The position numbers and the translations under genes are program-made. Shown here in pieces: positions 51,020-64,000 of a DNA stretch of 64,000 nucleotides; position 1 is the stretch's first letter; every line of letters starts with the position of its first letter. The stretch spans positions 302,250,001 through 302,314,000 of the forward strand of contig CM126204.1 in NCBI GenBank assembly GCA_052327205.1, read 5' to 3'. The DNA comes from Somniosus microcephalus. Lineage: Eukaryota. The notes beneath the pieces were generated by a model that was given only the letters and a program-made list of their open reading frames with translations, did not search any database and was not told the DNA's origin.

Positions 51020-53100
51020 CGCAGTGGACAGGAGCAAAGACTACAAGGCCCAGAGTGCGCTGCAGTAAGGGTGCATGCGCGCTGGCCGGCCGATCGTTTA
51101 CTATTCAGTGTTACATATGGGTCACTAGCGCAGGCAAAGAAAATGTCAAACAATGAGCGACAGCCGGGCGGAGGAATCGTGGACGTGACATTCGACTAGG
51201 TGACGCGATTTAACCCCCCCTCCCCTCCCCTCCCCTCCCAATACACAGACACACGATTCTTAGTTATGTATTGCCATTTACTGTTGTTAAAAAAGGCGCC
51301 AAAGCCCGATGTGCCACAAATCATCTTCATGGATTTTTCAAACGGACTTGATGGGGGCGGGGGAAAAAAATCCCAATTCATTTTCCCCAACTAACTTTGG
51401 TGCAGGGAAACAATTAAATATATTGCTGATTTGTTTAATGCAGTTTTTTTTTAAATCACTCCATAATTTATGTAGAACAAAGTTGCACACTGACTTTAAC
51501 TTTTTATAAAATTCGCGGCGACTGAGAAGGATTTCTTTTCCTGAAAGGGCGACGAGAAATAAATTCGTTCAGTCTTTCACACGTCCAAGTCCAAGTTCAT
51601 TGTGGGCATCCACACTAGCCGCCGCTTCCAGCTAGACTTTCCTGCTGCATTCGTGTGTTGACGCAGAGCCGTTTTGCTGGGAAGGGGAGCGGATTTATTC
51701 AAGGATGGTAGCTCCAGCTTTAGCCGGGGGTTGTTTGTAAAAGAGAGAGAGGGGAAAGGGAAAGCGCTGCTCTTGTGGCCGTGAGAGCGGCGCACCGACA
51801 GAGAGGGGTGTAGTCCAGTATCGGTCGGAGAAAACTAGCGCAGGACCGGGGGCTCGCTCACTGACAGCCCGGGAGGGTGACTACTTTTTTAAAAATATAT
51901 ATCGAGAGAGATTGCAGCTGTAGAAAGCAACCCGAGAGCGGGCGAAAAATAAATAAAATAAGGTGTGAGGGAGGGAGGGGAAGGTGTATGAGGAGCGGCG
52001 CCCCGAGTGTCAGAGAGGGAGAGTTGGGATGTTGACTATATAGTAACTATAGGCGGGGTTAAAGTTCAGGATGGAGAAGAGAGCTGGCTTCAGTTCGAGA
52101 CTGAAATGTGAAAGCCGGCTTTTCCTCTCACCACCACCAGCACCGCCACAATAATGTACTCTCCGCTCTGTCTCACCCAGGTAGGATACATTTTTGCAAC
52201 ATTTGTATCCCTTTAGAGCCCGTCATGGTTTTTTATTAAACTTTTTTTTCCTGTTTTTCATGCCTGCTGCCTCTCAGCTCAGTGACTGGGCTCAGCGATC
52301 TGCCCCATTGAGGCACATGGCTAATGGCGGATACGTATTAATATTTATTATTTTTTTTGACTGTAATTTTTTTTATTATTTGCAAAACATATTTTCCAAG
52401 AGCGGCTTTTAAAGAGGTGCGGTGCATTTCTTCAGACTTTTCAAAGCCAGCAAAGTGTCGCGATCGCTGCTGTATTTTTTTTGGGGGGGGGGAGTGGGGG
52501 GAGGCAAGCGATGGGGAATCACGCTTTTGTTATGACTGTAAGGTATGGAGTTTACTCACAACAGCGGTGCGCGGAAGTATGATTTTAATATTTTTGATAA
52601 CAATTCCGCCGATGCTTCCTCACCATATTGCACCGCCTTCCCACTGATTTCGGCAAGTACTCCGCTCGCTTTGCTGGCTTTTTTTTTAAATTCTGATTTT
52701 TCAAGCTGAGGTGTATTTGAAGGCAGAGTTTTTGTTGTTGTTGATGCCGTGCACTGAGATGCCGTCAGGTGTGGAGTGTCCTCAAGTCAAGTTACTTTTC
52801 TTGGGAGGGCGAAAAGCTTGAACTTTCTGCAGCAGTTCTGCAAACACTGCGAGCAGATGGGTTGCGGGCATTGTGGTTTGGGACGTGATCGGCTTCCTTT
52901 TCGAGTTCCTAATTATCTTGATTTGTTCCCCCCACCCCCCAGCAATGTCAGTGCTCTCGGCAAGTTGTTACCGTTCTGTCAGCGACCGTAAAGGTTTATA
53001 CTTTTGAGTGTGGTTTTATTGTCGCTACTTCTAAGAGTGCTAAAAAGTCGGGGTTTCCCCCGTGGAAGCGCTGTCTGCTGGCGTGCCGTGTTTCTTCTTT
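51020..53100 (+). promoter_or_regulatory. NFIA proximal promoter / CpG-rich region around exon 1
   Basis: CpG clusters, NRF1-like GTGCATGCGCG, GA-rich tracts, TATATA and GGCGGGG at ~52037-52058 upstream of the exon 1 ATG. Confidence 0.65.
52154..52180 (+). CDS. NFIA: Nuclear factor I A, coding part of exon 1 (MYSPLCLTQ)
   Basis: ATGTACTCTCCGCTCTGTCTCACCCAG/GTAGGA encodes the NFIA-type N-terminus. Phase 0 fits exon 2. Confidence 0.95.
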
Positions 53101-56100
53101 TCACTCAAGTTTCCAGATTGCGGTTTTGCTTTGAAATCTGCTTTATGTTATACTTCTATATACCGTAGGATATTTAACCCAGGATAATTCAACACATTCG
53201 GTTAAAAAAATCACATAAAGTAGATTGAGGATCGCTGGTTTTATATATGTATGCAACTGATAGAAGTTCTTTTTGAAAATAACGTTATTTCCGATAATAT
53301 CACTATAACAGTTTTTAATGAACCTTTGCTAGTCAGTCTGCTTCTTTAAAATCACGTGCAAGTGCTTTAAAAAAAAAGTTTTAAAGCTTCATCAGCAATG
53401 GCCAATCTTTGCAATGTTTCTGTGAATCTACTTTAATATCAATTAATAACTTTCGTTGTGTGGGTGAGGGGGCAGCATCAAGATCTTTACATAAACTTTT
53501 TTAAACCTATTAAACTGCCTATAGAAAAGGTTCGGATTGTGTTTTACTGACTTTTTACAGCAACGGCAGCATAAAGTCAATGTGATCACCTTGAAGTATC
53601 GGTTGGTCTTTAGATTTCTAAAGTTGGCTTTAAAGGAACAAAAAACACATTAAATTATTCTATGTTTTGCGCTTAGTAGAAAGTTAGAGTTAGTCAATAT
53701 TTTTAAATTGAAATAAAAGTTTAATATAAGTTCTACTGAATCTTCAATAAGCCGTATGTATAAAGCATTTTGTATTTTTTTGTATCCATTTAATGCATAA
53801 GAAATCCCTCATTTCTAATGTTATACACAGTGTTATTACATTTCAGCATAGTTTCTGGCTTTATATCATTTTGAACAATGGAGTAGTTAACTGCAAGTAA
53901 TTTAGTTATGGAGCCCCTCCGATGCAACCCTCTCCCCAACCACACTGAGTTATTTTAATAACAAATACTTTGAGGAACCTGCTTTATAATAAGATTTTTT
54001 TTTAAATCTCCATGAGAAGGACATTGAAATTGAAATTTTATTTGAATTCTTTTAAATTAAGAGGCAATTAGTGCAATCATCATTACACAGCACAGAACAG
54101 AAAAGGACGGCTCAATTGATCTACATATTTTGACAGGATATTTCAATAAGAAAAAAACATAGGTGCTAGTAATATGTAAGTTTGAATCACTGTCAATAAT
54201 ATTTTTAAAATGTAACTTTACAGACTTTTTAAATGGATTCTGCTTACTGTTACCCTGGCAGAACCAATTAAATATTTTAAAAAATCACACATGCAAAAGA
54301 ATAAGAACTGCATAGAATGATCTAAAAATGCATTAGATTGTTTTAATAAATTAACGGTGAAAAAGATTGTGGAAAAACATGAAGGTTAAATGGCGCTGAG
54401 TGGAGAATTTGATTTTCAGCGCTCAAAGAGACTGTTGTTTGTAAACAATAAAATAGTCTAATTATCAGAGCCATAATGTAAGTATGCAAAGTTTTCAATC
54501 ACTTAAAGGAAAATTGGTGCTTATTCTGTTTGCTTCTTCGTTTTATACAGTATACACTAATTGATGTGGCAGTGCCAAAAGAAGGACGTGCTTGCTGCAC
54601 TGGAGTGAAGTGCTGAGGTTTATATGAAAATAGACCCACAACAAAACCACAACTTCACTGATTGTCACTTAAGGAACTAAGTGGTTTGGCCTCCAAATGT
54701 GTCGAATATTTAGAAATCAGCTCAAACTTGGGGCCTTCATTAAAAAAAAAATGCAAAGGGGAAAACAGACTTTAACCAGGAGAAAATATAATTGATTTTT
54801 TGATCATTTAATTAGCAAAAAAATGCAGCTCAACACATTCTGCACCTCAGTGTTGTAGGTTCCTGTAATGGAAACTAGCTTCAATTTACAAAATGTAATT
54901 TAACTGCTACAGGCATTTAATACCCCAATCTTTTCATGGCTGTTTGATTTGTAGATATAAGGAGTGACTGCAGCAGAGTAAATATACCAATGACAACTAA
55001 AACTCTCAGCCTGTGCACTTATTACTGCAGAGTTCAGCTTACTATAACTTACCATTTTTGTTTTTTGATCTGATTTTTTGCAGCAAAAGTTAAGTATCTT
55101 AATTCCACATTGAGACTGAGAAGGAAAGCTGTCAGGCGATGTGGAAGATTTAGGATTGACGCTGACATTGGGTTAAAGTAGATTAAAGCTTCTTTTCTGA
55201 ATTAGCTCTGAGGTAGAGCAGGGAAACTGTACATTGGATGATTTCCAATATAAAGTCGATGCAAGAATCTATGAAACTAGTCGGCTTCTGACTGGATTAA
55301 AACATAAATGTACATGTGCAAAAGACTGCAAAACATTATAGAGTGCCTTGCTCAGAATGTTTAAATCTTACAATAATCCACACAGTAAATTTCCTTAAGT
55401 CAATCAGCTGCTATATTTAAAACTTTTAAGTAATAATTCATATTTTTCAAAGTTGTTGCTAAGATATTTTTATTTAGCAAATGTTTTATTTTACCCCTCC
55501 CCACTGCAAGTGGGTTTATGGGTCTGAGTTCTGTTGCAGATACAACGCAACAGAGATCAGATCTGAACTTGTGGCATCTGGAGGCCACAGCAAAGGACAC
55601 CAATGTGGTGACATAGTATCACCACACTGGCATCCCTTGTTCCAAGCATACACGCAGCCAAGGTCAAATACTGACTCTAGGTTTTCATCCACAGCTCTAC
55701 TATGTCCATGTTCACTCCATAAACGCACTTCTGTCAGGAGTGAGTCTTTACCTTGGAATGAATTCTAGAGTTGGCGATTTGTGCCATATTTGCAATCGGC
55801 ATTTTAGTGCGGAATCGAATTAATCTGAATTCACTAGAGTAAAATGGCATAAGAGGAAACTATATCTGTAGAAATTTTAACTCCATGCTATTTTATTATA
55901 CTTTATCCAAGTTAAATCATATGGTAGAGGTTAACTTAAGGAATTTTAGAACAAAAAGTTTAGACTGACGCAAAAAAGAAACAGCTACATTAACTCTTTA
56001 AAACTTCGAAAATAATTTGTTAAAATGAGTCAATTGATTTTAAATTATGCTCCAGAAGAAATGGATTGTCCTGTCCTTTCTCTCCCCAATCTTTGAGATA

Positions 56101-57706
56101 CTATAGGTAGAAGCATATATCTGCTTAGGGTAGACACTTAATAAATTTGAGCTTCATTATTTGTTTTGGCAGTTTGAAAATCTCCTTTACAGGACAGATT
56201 GTTACCTACGTGTAGATGATTGTAGTAAAGGAATTCAGTTAAGCTTGAAGAATTACAGGCCAGATGTCGTGTGGCTGGAGAAAGGTTGGTAAATGAAAAT
56301 TCACTTTAATCTAAAAATCCTCTAAATGTTCCCACCAATGCAACATTTTTTCATTAATTTATTTCATTAAGCAAAATCCCTTCCAGCCTGTACAGCTATG
56401 GCCTCGTTTATACAATGGAAATGCACAACTTTATTCAGCATAGAGAATGTAAAATGCACCCCATTTCAAAAAGATAATTTTATGCCGTTAAATTAAACTT
56501 TGTGTGCTTGTCATCGTAAAAGTGATGCTACCTTGTTTTGTTTAAAAACACTTTATGCAGCATTTGGTTTAAACAAAAGAAAAAGACAGATGGCATTTGT
56601 GCTCAGAATTTTTTTTTCATTTTCTTTTTTAGGTTTTTATGTATACGTGTGTTTTGTTATTTTCAATTTACAGTTGTTTATCAGCATGTTTGGCTTTGAC
56701 TAGTTAATTGTAAATGTAAAATAACATGATACAATATATAAAAATAAGTATTTAACAGTGTACAATCAGCTGGGGCTACTTGCTTTGTTGTTGTTTATGC
56801 TGTAATCACTGTGAGTAGTTAAATATCAGTTTGCCTCAGTCACTTTAATATTATTGATTGAAAACTGTATTTCAAAGGTTGATAACAATCACAGTTCCCT
56901 GCCTGAATTTACAGTATTTATTGGTTGGGTGGGGGGGGGGGGGAAATTTGTTTTATCACATCACTGAATAAGGATTGCAAACAAACTACTTATTAATAAA
57001 GTATCCAATACTTCCTGTTTGGCGTCATCTGGATAGAGCACCAAATAATGTGTAAGAGAGTTTTTATTTTTTATTTTTTTTCACAAGGGCACAGCTCAAT
57101 GTGACATTTCTTGAGAAAATAGCATGAATTCACAATGAAGAATATGCAGATTTTTTCTGACTGTACAGACTTGCTGTGTTTGAAACCATCTTGTGGAGGG
57201 GGGGGGGGGTTATCCTCCCTTGCTTTGCACAAAGCCCCCTCGTACGAGCCGTTGATTGGCATTCTAGTGTGTGGAATTTGCCAAATAGGCGGGCTCATGC
57301 TGGCTACACCACATGCAAAGGGGTTGGGGACGGAGAGTGAAGAGATCTGCATTTTTTTTTAAGCTGGCGAAGGTTAATGAAAGCACCCATGCTTTAGTCG
57401 AGGGATCCTTCTCTCTACTGTTTTGGGAAAGCTCTTCATAAACAAACCGAGCACACGCAGGGAGTGTCTTGAATATTGGCAAGTGTTTTGGACGTTACCT
57501 ACATGGGTGCTTTCAGTTACGCCGTCGGCATCTTTCTGACTGTTCCACACAAAGAATACTCACTGTACATGGCATAAATTTTTCTAAGTCAAGCTTCGAA
57601 CAAAATACTGCGCTGGTCTGAGTATACAATGGTATTGAATTAAATCTGTTATTTAAGTGAAATGTCTCTTGATTTTTCAATTTTTTTTCATTTGTTTGCT
57701 TAATAG

Positions 57707-58351
<645 letters not shown>

Positions 58352-61300
58352 TAAAAAAAAAGATAAACTTGATTTTAGTACTTGTGAAATGGTTACGCTG
58401 CATGTGTCCTCACCTTAAATTTAACCTCCTGTAATGGTTGTCTTGTGTACATACTTTTCTGTAAAGGTAACGTTCTACTGCATGCTCTTATAGATCATTT
58501 AGATCCTGTCCTGTTGCAAAGTGCAGCCTAAACTTGGTAAAACAATCTATGATATTAAACAGCATTGTAGTTTTTTTGTATAATAGTCACAAATGGTCAT
58601 TACAGGCCGGATCTGCAAACTGCTGTTAAACTTTCCAGCTGTGTTTCTCATGCCCTTACTGATAACGTTTTTCCTTAGGATCAAACCAGCATTCTCTCTT
58701 TCCCACCCCTGCACCCTTCACAGCTTATGGTGGAAGATGAAAATTCCTGCAGGAAGTACATTTTGTTTACATGTAAAAAAACACCCTGCAATTTTAGTGG
58801 GGATGTGTAATACACAAAACACATACAACTGAAAAAGCATTATCATAGATTTGAAAATTTGGGTCAACCAATACCCCAGAGCGTTGGCACAATAGCTTGG
58901 GAGTAGCAGTGGCAATTTGCAACTAAGGAGTCTTGTACTGCGAATTGTCTGCTGCCCAAGTGAAGTGACAAACTCTGGATTCCACCCACTGCTTAGTGGC
59001 AAAGCAATGCAGTATGTGACTGTTCTTCACCAGTCTCCTTGATAAAGATCTTGTGTTCTTTTTCAGACATTCTTATATTTACAGGTACATCATGAGAACA
59101 GGGGTGTGTTTATGTGGTAAATGCAGGTGGTGGTCATTGAATAAAATGAATGCAGAAATGATTCAGCCATTTGATTCTCTTGTACACTTAGGGTTTTATT
59201 GCTTGTGTTTGTCACTATATTAATATAAACTAGTGTTGTACAATGCGAAAGCCTTCCACTTCTTCCTGTTGCAACCTGTCACTGCAAATGACTGATCTTC
59301 AGAATATCAAGCATTTGGGATAAGCTTTGTTCTTATCTTTTTTTTAAATGTTAATCTTTTTTTAAATGACAATCTTTTACCATTTAATAGTTTTATTTTT
59401 TTCTGAAACATTTTGTGTTTAGGCATTTTTTTGTGATTGTTGCTGCCACCTTTGGTCATTTTGTTTGTCCTAAACCAACAGTGCTTTGGCAGATTAGAAA
59501 CTTTAGTCAGCTTTGTGGCCATTGGCTCTGGAAATAACACAGAGATAACTGCTAAAGGTTGACGTGTCAAAGCAGTCAAAATACATTGGAAAATAAATTC
59601 TATTCCATTCCCCACATTGCATGCTACATTTTATTAAAACTACAAAATGGGGAGGGACGGATCAGGATTAAACACAAAGAACAAAAGTATTTAATTCTGT
59701 AAAAATAGTGTACTCATAGTCGCATGTTCACTGAAATAAATGGAACGAAACACACACAGTACTATTAAACAATATGTATTTTTAAATTGGATGCTCACTG
59801 AGAGTTGTGTGCAGAAAATCTACTGGATCCGTTTTTGGCCTGCTTGGAAGGTTCAGGAGTTTTCAATGGACTGAGCAGCTGCCAGTGTTGGCAGAAAGCA
59901 TGAACTCTAAAAAGTGCTTTGTCCAACATGCCAAAGCCAACATGGGAATACGTGGCCACTTTTTTTCGCTGACGCTCGGCTCTTTCCTGTAGTCTGATCT
60001 GAAGCGCCATGTTTTAGGGAACAGCGATTATATCGCTGATGGGTTTTTATTAAATCAAACAATTTTCTTCTAAAACTGAAAAGGGGTGTTTTCGGTTCTG
60101 ATATTTAGTGTAGATATTTGAACTTTTCAACAAGTGCTCAATGCGTTGAGTGGTTAAATAATATTCTCTCTAAATCTTTTGTCTAAATAAATTTAAATAA
60201 CTATTCAGCAATGCATCAGTCTTTTGAAAATAACACAAAGCTGTATAAAAAACAAGGCCACTAATTGCTGCTAATAAGCAACAGTTTGAAGTGTGGAAAT
60301 ATTTTGCTGTGAATATTAGTTAATAGACCTAGTGCAGTTGTTAAAACTGATTTAGCAATTGCTGGAAGACCACAAGGTACTCACGGTATAATGGAAGGAT
60401 ACATAATTTTTTTTAACTAATATATGAAACTGTGATCAATAATGCACTTTGATTTTATTGTTTTCTGTTGACCTGTACTGTAACACTTCTTGCTTTAGAG
60501 TGTGTTAGGGCCTGAATTCAGGGATTGTTTGCTTTCAGTTGATTTAAGTTAATATTGCTCTAAAGATCCATAATATAGAAAGCATTAGTGACTAATGTCA
60601 TGCCAACTGTTCCGAGTTTATGTTTGTTTAGCATGTTAAGGGTTTAGTTATAGACCAGCAGGAGAACATTCAAAACCTATTCTGACGAACACTCCCTTTG
60701 TGGAATAAGTGTGGAAGTGAAATAATGACCACAGCACAGCAGCTAAGGGAAAAAACATGTGACATTTTTTATAAACTTCAGATTATCCCAGAGTTGTAGT
60801 GCCATTTGGTAAGATTATGCAGGGTATAGTATAATTGAAAATTAACAGCAATGTTAGCAGGCCAGCCTTTAGACGAAAAAGGCCATTGTGGTTATGCAGG
60901 ACAATTGATAACTGAAAGCGTTATAACTATCAAGTACATTTTACCAAGATTAAAATAATTCAGATTTTAGAAGTTCAGTAATGGCAAATTGTAATCTAGT
61001 GTTTGCTAAATTCTTAACAATACTCAATAGTTTTTGATAAACCCTTTCTAGTAAAAAAAAACCTAGAGAATTACAATGCATTAATGAAGTAGGATTGAAC
61101 AGTCCTAAATGATCTAGTTATCTTTTCATTTAGTTTGCAAGTTAATAGATAAGCTCTTTGTACCCATTGATTCCCTTTGTCAGTCCAATGCCCCACACAG
61201 GCATCAAGTGACAACTTAGAATGATACTGCATTGGAGGAAGACAAACTTTCTTTTGAAAAAGTGCGAGGCACAATCTAATTTATGGCCTGCACCATTAGC

Positions 61301-64000
61301 AGCTGACCCAAGTCAGAATGGCATCAGTCCAGGCACGTGTAAGGGTCATAACATAAGTTGTTTAGGTCGTGACCCCAGCCACCAGGCATTTGACCTCTTA
61401 GATAAACGGTGATCTTTGCTTATTAGTGGGCACTCATGCGAGTGCTGTCTTCAGCTCGTCAGTATTGTTGTGACCCACTGCCTATGCAAACAGTTTGTGG
61501 AAAGGGAAACTGGGTTGAAATAGAGTCCAAGAGTTGAGGGAATCCTTCACAGTCAAGTTTAAGTGGAATGAGATTTTAGACCCAGGATTGGCTGGTTTTC
61601 ATTTAGAAGTTCCTTTTTTAAAGATTTTTTTGCCCCATGCTTCTCCCTTATTTTTTTTCTCCCAGTAAGTGGAATAAAAGCAACCTACAAAAAAAGTTCT
61701 TTTAGATCTCCATTACCAGTAGGATTTTTTTTAAAGATGTGATCATCAAATGTGGGCTACTTAACTTCATTGTAACTCATTTTAATGTAGTGTTTGGTTT
61801 GGAATCTGATGAAATGTTGCTCTAGTGTACTCCATAGACCCCCTGTCAAATTCTTTACCCTGATGACCAACAGTAAGATCTGTAAACTGGATCAAAGCTG
61901 AACGAAGAGCTGCATAAATCAAAATTACCCTTTTAATTAAGTAACCTTTTTATTTTTTACTGGGTCTGTTAACCATTCTGTTACAGAACTTTCTTTGCAG
62001 AACATGAATGTGTTTCCTAATCCCTTTTGCATCTGCTATCTTTGAAAAAAGACATTAGCCTAGTATTTCTGATCAGTGTTATTTTAATGTCGACAGTAAT
62101 GCATTACTACCAGTGTTAAAATATGCTGATCAGAAAAGCTAGACTATTCTATTCAGAAATTATTTCTAGACCTACCTTTCCACATTCACAATTGGCATTC
62201 CTATAGTACACAAAACATTGATTGCCGTGAAGGACTGCAGGACTAAAGTTACTGCCATGAGAGTTACAGAAGTAAGCAGAAATGTGCTTTGAGTTATTCG
62301 GGACAGTCAAAATCAAGAAAACAAGGCGCCGTCTGCCCAACTATTGACACAATCCTTTATATAATCTATACTAAACGTAGAATTTACCCTGGAATAATAT
62401 GTTAGAGGTTGTCACAAACTGTAGATCTAGGGGACACGGGCTCAGGATTAAAAGGTGCACCGACAGTTTAGGTTTAACTTATTTATGCAGAGCGTGTGAA
62501 ACAAGCTGCCTGTGGAGATAGATAGTATGTAGAAAAAAAATGAAGGAAGAATTGGATAAACATTTGAGGGAGGGAGTGAGTGAGGTGTATTAGTTTTTGG
62601 GACAAGCTAGATAGACTACAGAGTCTTTTCCAGTCCTGTACTTTCTTGTGTTCCTTTGTGTGTGATTGTAAATCATTTCTCAATTAAAACTGCAATAATA
62701 CCATTGCATTATTTATAAGAAAATACTATGCTAATTCCATGGCAATATATCTCTCTTTAAGATTTGAGATATAAATAGCATTCCGATAATTCCAGTAATT
62801 CAAAACAAAAAAAAAGAAAACTGAAATATTTGCAGGAATAAACTTTTTAAACTTTAAAATGTTTGAACTACCCAACTTCAAAATAATTATTTACAGTAGA
62901 GCACAAACTTACATGATATAATTGCGATAATGAGCATTTGATTTTTTTAAAAACCCACAAATGCAAATTGCTGAAATCCCTAAAGGTCCTTCGTATGTAT
63001 GTAAGCCATCAGCAGCCACAGGTTTATCTGGTGGTAACAAAGCCTTGAATATCACAAGGGCAATTTCCACCACTTTTGAACGGCAGCAGTTTTACATTTC
63101 CCTTTCTTTCCATGCCATGATGAATAACAATAATTTTCAGCTATTTAGGGTGAGTGTGGTAGAAACCACAATCTTTGTTGTGGTCAGTGCAGTACACAGC
63201 AGGGCTGAACGTTTCACTTGGTTAGAGCCTTGGCTTCACTGCTGGGAGACCCCAGCCATTTGGATTGGTGCATATTTTGACATCGGCTCTAATTCGCTTC
63301 TGCTGCCTGTTATAGATCCAGCCAGTGAATGGATGTTATAGTTTGGTTTTGGAAGCTGTTAATATTTTCGACAGAAAACCTGGCATTAATTCTTTAAACT
63401 TCAGTAATAGTATTTTTTTACCAGTTATAGCAATGCAACCTTCTTTGTTGCATTTCGCAGCCTTTTCAAAAGTCTAGCTTCCCTTTCTAATTTCACATTG
63501 TATACTATGTTTTTCAAAACTGTCTTTAAGTGAATACAGTTTTGAAATCTTGTAATCTAATGTATCAACATGTTTGACTAAATTTATTATGGATACATTG
63601 GTCCTTTCGAGAAGGAATGAGATACATGAAAAGGGACATGTTTTATAGTTTAGATTTTTCTTGTAGTTTTTAAAGTTCAACCAGTTTATTCCAACAGAAA
63701 GATACTTTTTTTTGCTTAATGAACTCATTTAATTTATTTTTGTTTCCTCTTTTTTTCTGAGTCTGTGTGCGGGTTTGGGGGGGGGAGGGGGGAGTGCAAA
63801 GGTGTTAATTGAACAAATAGTGCAGATGCTTCTTTCAGTATAAATTCCTTGGCGTTGAACTCTGTCCTGAAAGGTAGCTTGTGCCAAACTCTCCTATATC
63901 CAACATGTTGAAACTTTATTCACCTGACACGCCTTCTGCTGCTTCAGGCTGACCCACTTTCTGAAGATTATGTCTGGTTAGTCTGTACACCCACACAAGG

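Overview
Vertebrate genomic DNA. The repeat landscape suggests a cartilaginous fish, but that is inference. The window has two parts. Bases ~1-34,300 are a CpG-poor, nested transposon field: two decayed PIF/Harbinger elements, several related MITEs, a Gypsy (Mag-like) LTR retrotransposon with both LTRs, a solo LTR, a full-length but disrupted CR1 with an 11-copy 5' monomer array, L2, RTE and CR1 fragments, and two SINE families. Bases ~34,300-64,000 are almost free of recognisable transposons and hold the 5' end of NFIA on the + strand: exon 1 (MYSPLCLTQ, 52154-52180) and the 532-bp DNA-binding-domain exon 2 (57800-58331). I found no demonstrably new enzymatic system. The best leads are regulatory: a 27-codon uORF whose stop overlaps the NFIA start (TAATG), a candidate divergent antisense transcription unit, a ~19-kb CpG-retaining domain with a CTCF motif at its edge, and promoter and splice-donor motifs carried by the CR1 monomers and MITEs. 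All coordinates and counts were read by eye and no database search was run.
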